Origin: Dicyema japonicum
Lineage: Eukaryota; Animalia; Dicyemida
Direction: 5' to 3'
NCBI GenBank assembly: GCA_011109175.1
Contig: RDEW01000001.1
Location: forward strand, 1,719,360-1,752,359
Length of the DNA stretch: 33,000 nt
The position numbers and the translations under genes are program-made. Positions 31,930-33,000 of the stretch are shown here, one piece after another. The notes beneath the pieces are model-generated. The model saw only the letters and a list, made by a program, of their open reading frames with translations. It had not been told where the DNA came from and searched no databases. Position 1 is the first letter of the stretch. Each line of letters begins with the position of its first letter.

Positions 31930-32240
31930 ATTTTAGGTTTGATTCGCATTTCACTGCCTACCTGGTCAAGGATATTTTACCGCTCATTGCCTTTTTCAAA
32001 TTCTAAGGGCGGCATGAAATCCGCCTGTCTCAGAAGACGCCAGTGATTATCGGAAATTCAAAAAAGACCTCTCTTCCAATAATTACGAAGCAATTTAATT
32101 TGTAAAAGATTAGAATCCCGAAAAACTTCCTTGATTAAGGATGTACTTGTAAGTAATATAGAGTAGTCATCGGATCTCTAACGTGGGAGGTGGATAATTG
32201 GTTCTTAACTTCTTTATCGGTGTATCCAGGATAATTAAAA
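31930..32240 (+). mobile_element. Family A LINE 3' remnant
   Basis: Tail TTAACTTCTTTATCGGTGTATCCAGGATAATTAAAA at about 32205-32240; a weak PGQGYF motif upstream. Confidence 0.45.
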
Positions 32241-32559
32241 ATACCAATAGACACTATACCATTTAATATTAATAGAAAATCTAATTTAACTAAAATAATA
32301 TAAAATATATATTAATTTAAATTATGGTAATTCTTTACTAAATTAAAAAATTAATCAAAAAATTGTAAGAAATTAGCATTATATAAATGGATAGTAATTA
32401 ATGTCCGACTATAAAAGACCATAATATTCACAATGTCAGGTTGTTCGACGGCGGGCAATACGGTATTCTCTAGGAATGTCTTATAGAGCGCCGCTGCCGG
32501 AAAGAGAATACCCTGATTTTAGGGACCCGGAGGAAGTGATCAAAAAGATTCTGAAATTA

Positions 32560-33000
32560 AGCTAAAGAAGGAGGCACGAAAGACAAAAGAGATAGCAAAC
32601 AATCAGTGGGGGTTCCGTAAAAATAGAGGAACTGAAGACTGCATCCGGGAACTTAGGAAGTCAATTCAAGAATCTATAAGTAAGAAAGAATACCTTACTG
32701 CAACGTGTTTGGACATATCCAAGGCTTTTGACTGTGTCTGGCATGAAGGACTTCTCGAGACATTGTCAAAGGCGAACATTGGAAAGTCGGCGCTCTCCAC
32801 AAGGTTCAATTTTGAGTCCCCTCCTCTTCAACTGTATAATGAGCGAGGTGCCAAAACCGGAACACATCAATACCAAAATGATAATTTATGCAGACGACAA
32901 TATAATTTTGGAAACTAGTATGAATAAATCAATATCATGGAAAAGAACAATAGCTCATATGTCGAAAATCGGAGATTGGTGTCGGAATAATGGATTGACA
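32560..33000 (+). mobile_element. I/Jockey-like LINE RT fragment with internal deletion; runs off window
   Basis: QWGFRKNRGT, LDISKAFDCVWHEGLL, then directly PQGSILSPLLF and IYADD. Confidence 0.9.

Noticed and set aside
1-33000. CRISPR arrays, rRNA genes, intact tRNA genes, prokaryotic operons
   Set aside because: None seen; the sequence is intron-containing eukaryotic DNA.

Overview
Eukaryotic nuclear DNA from a compact, animal-like genome. BRF2, GATAD2/p66 and a thyroglobulin type-1 domain point to a metazoan, and the tiny introns suggest a reduced parasite such as a dicyemid or myxozoan; the taxon is inference only. I reconstructed by hand nine host genes: an aldo-keto reductase, TIMM8, BRF2, GATAD2/p66, NADH-cytochrome b5 reductase, RNPC3 (U11/U12-65K), a thyroglobulin type-1 membrane protein, SEC62 and a threonine ammonia-lyase. 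The ORF track fragments most of them because they are split by spliceosomal micro-introns: 31 of 32 well-supported introns are 21-27 nt, with weak donor and acceptor signals. Intergenic DNA is mostly transposon debris: many 5'-truncated LINE 3' ends, CRE, RTE and I/Jockey-like fragments, a Charlie-type hAT remnant, and a complete-ended Ginger-like element whose transposase carries host-sized micro-introns. The best leads are the micro-intron system, retention of a minor-spliceosome protein (plus a weak U12-like candidate), a GT..TG 24-nt intron-like insert in SEC62, and the intron-containing Ginger element. All gene models are manual and unverified by transcripts. Repeat boundaries are approximate unless TSDs or TIRs are given.
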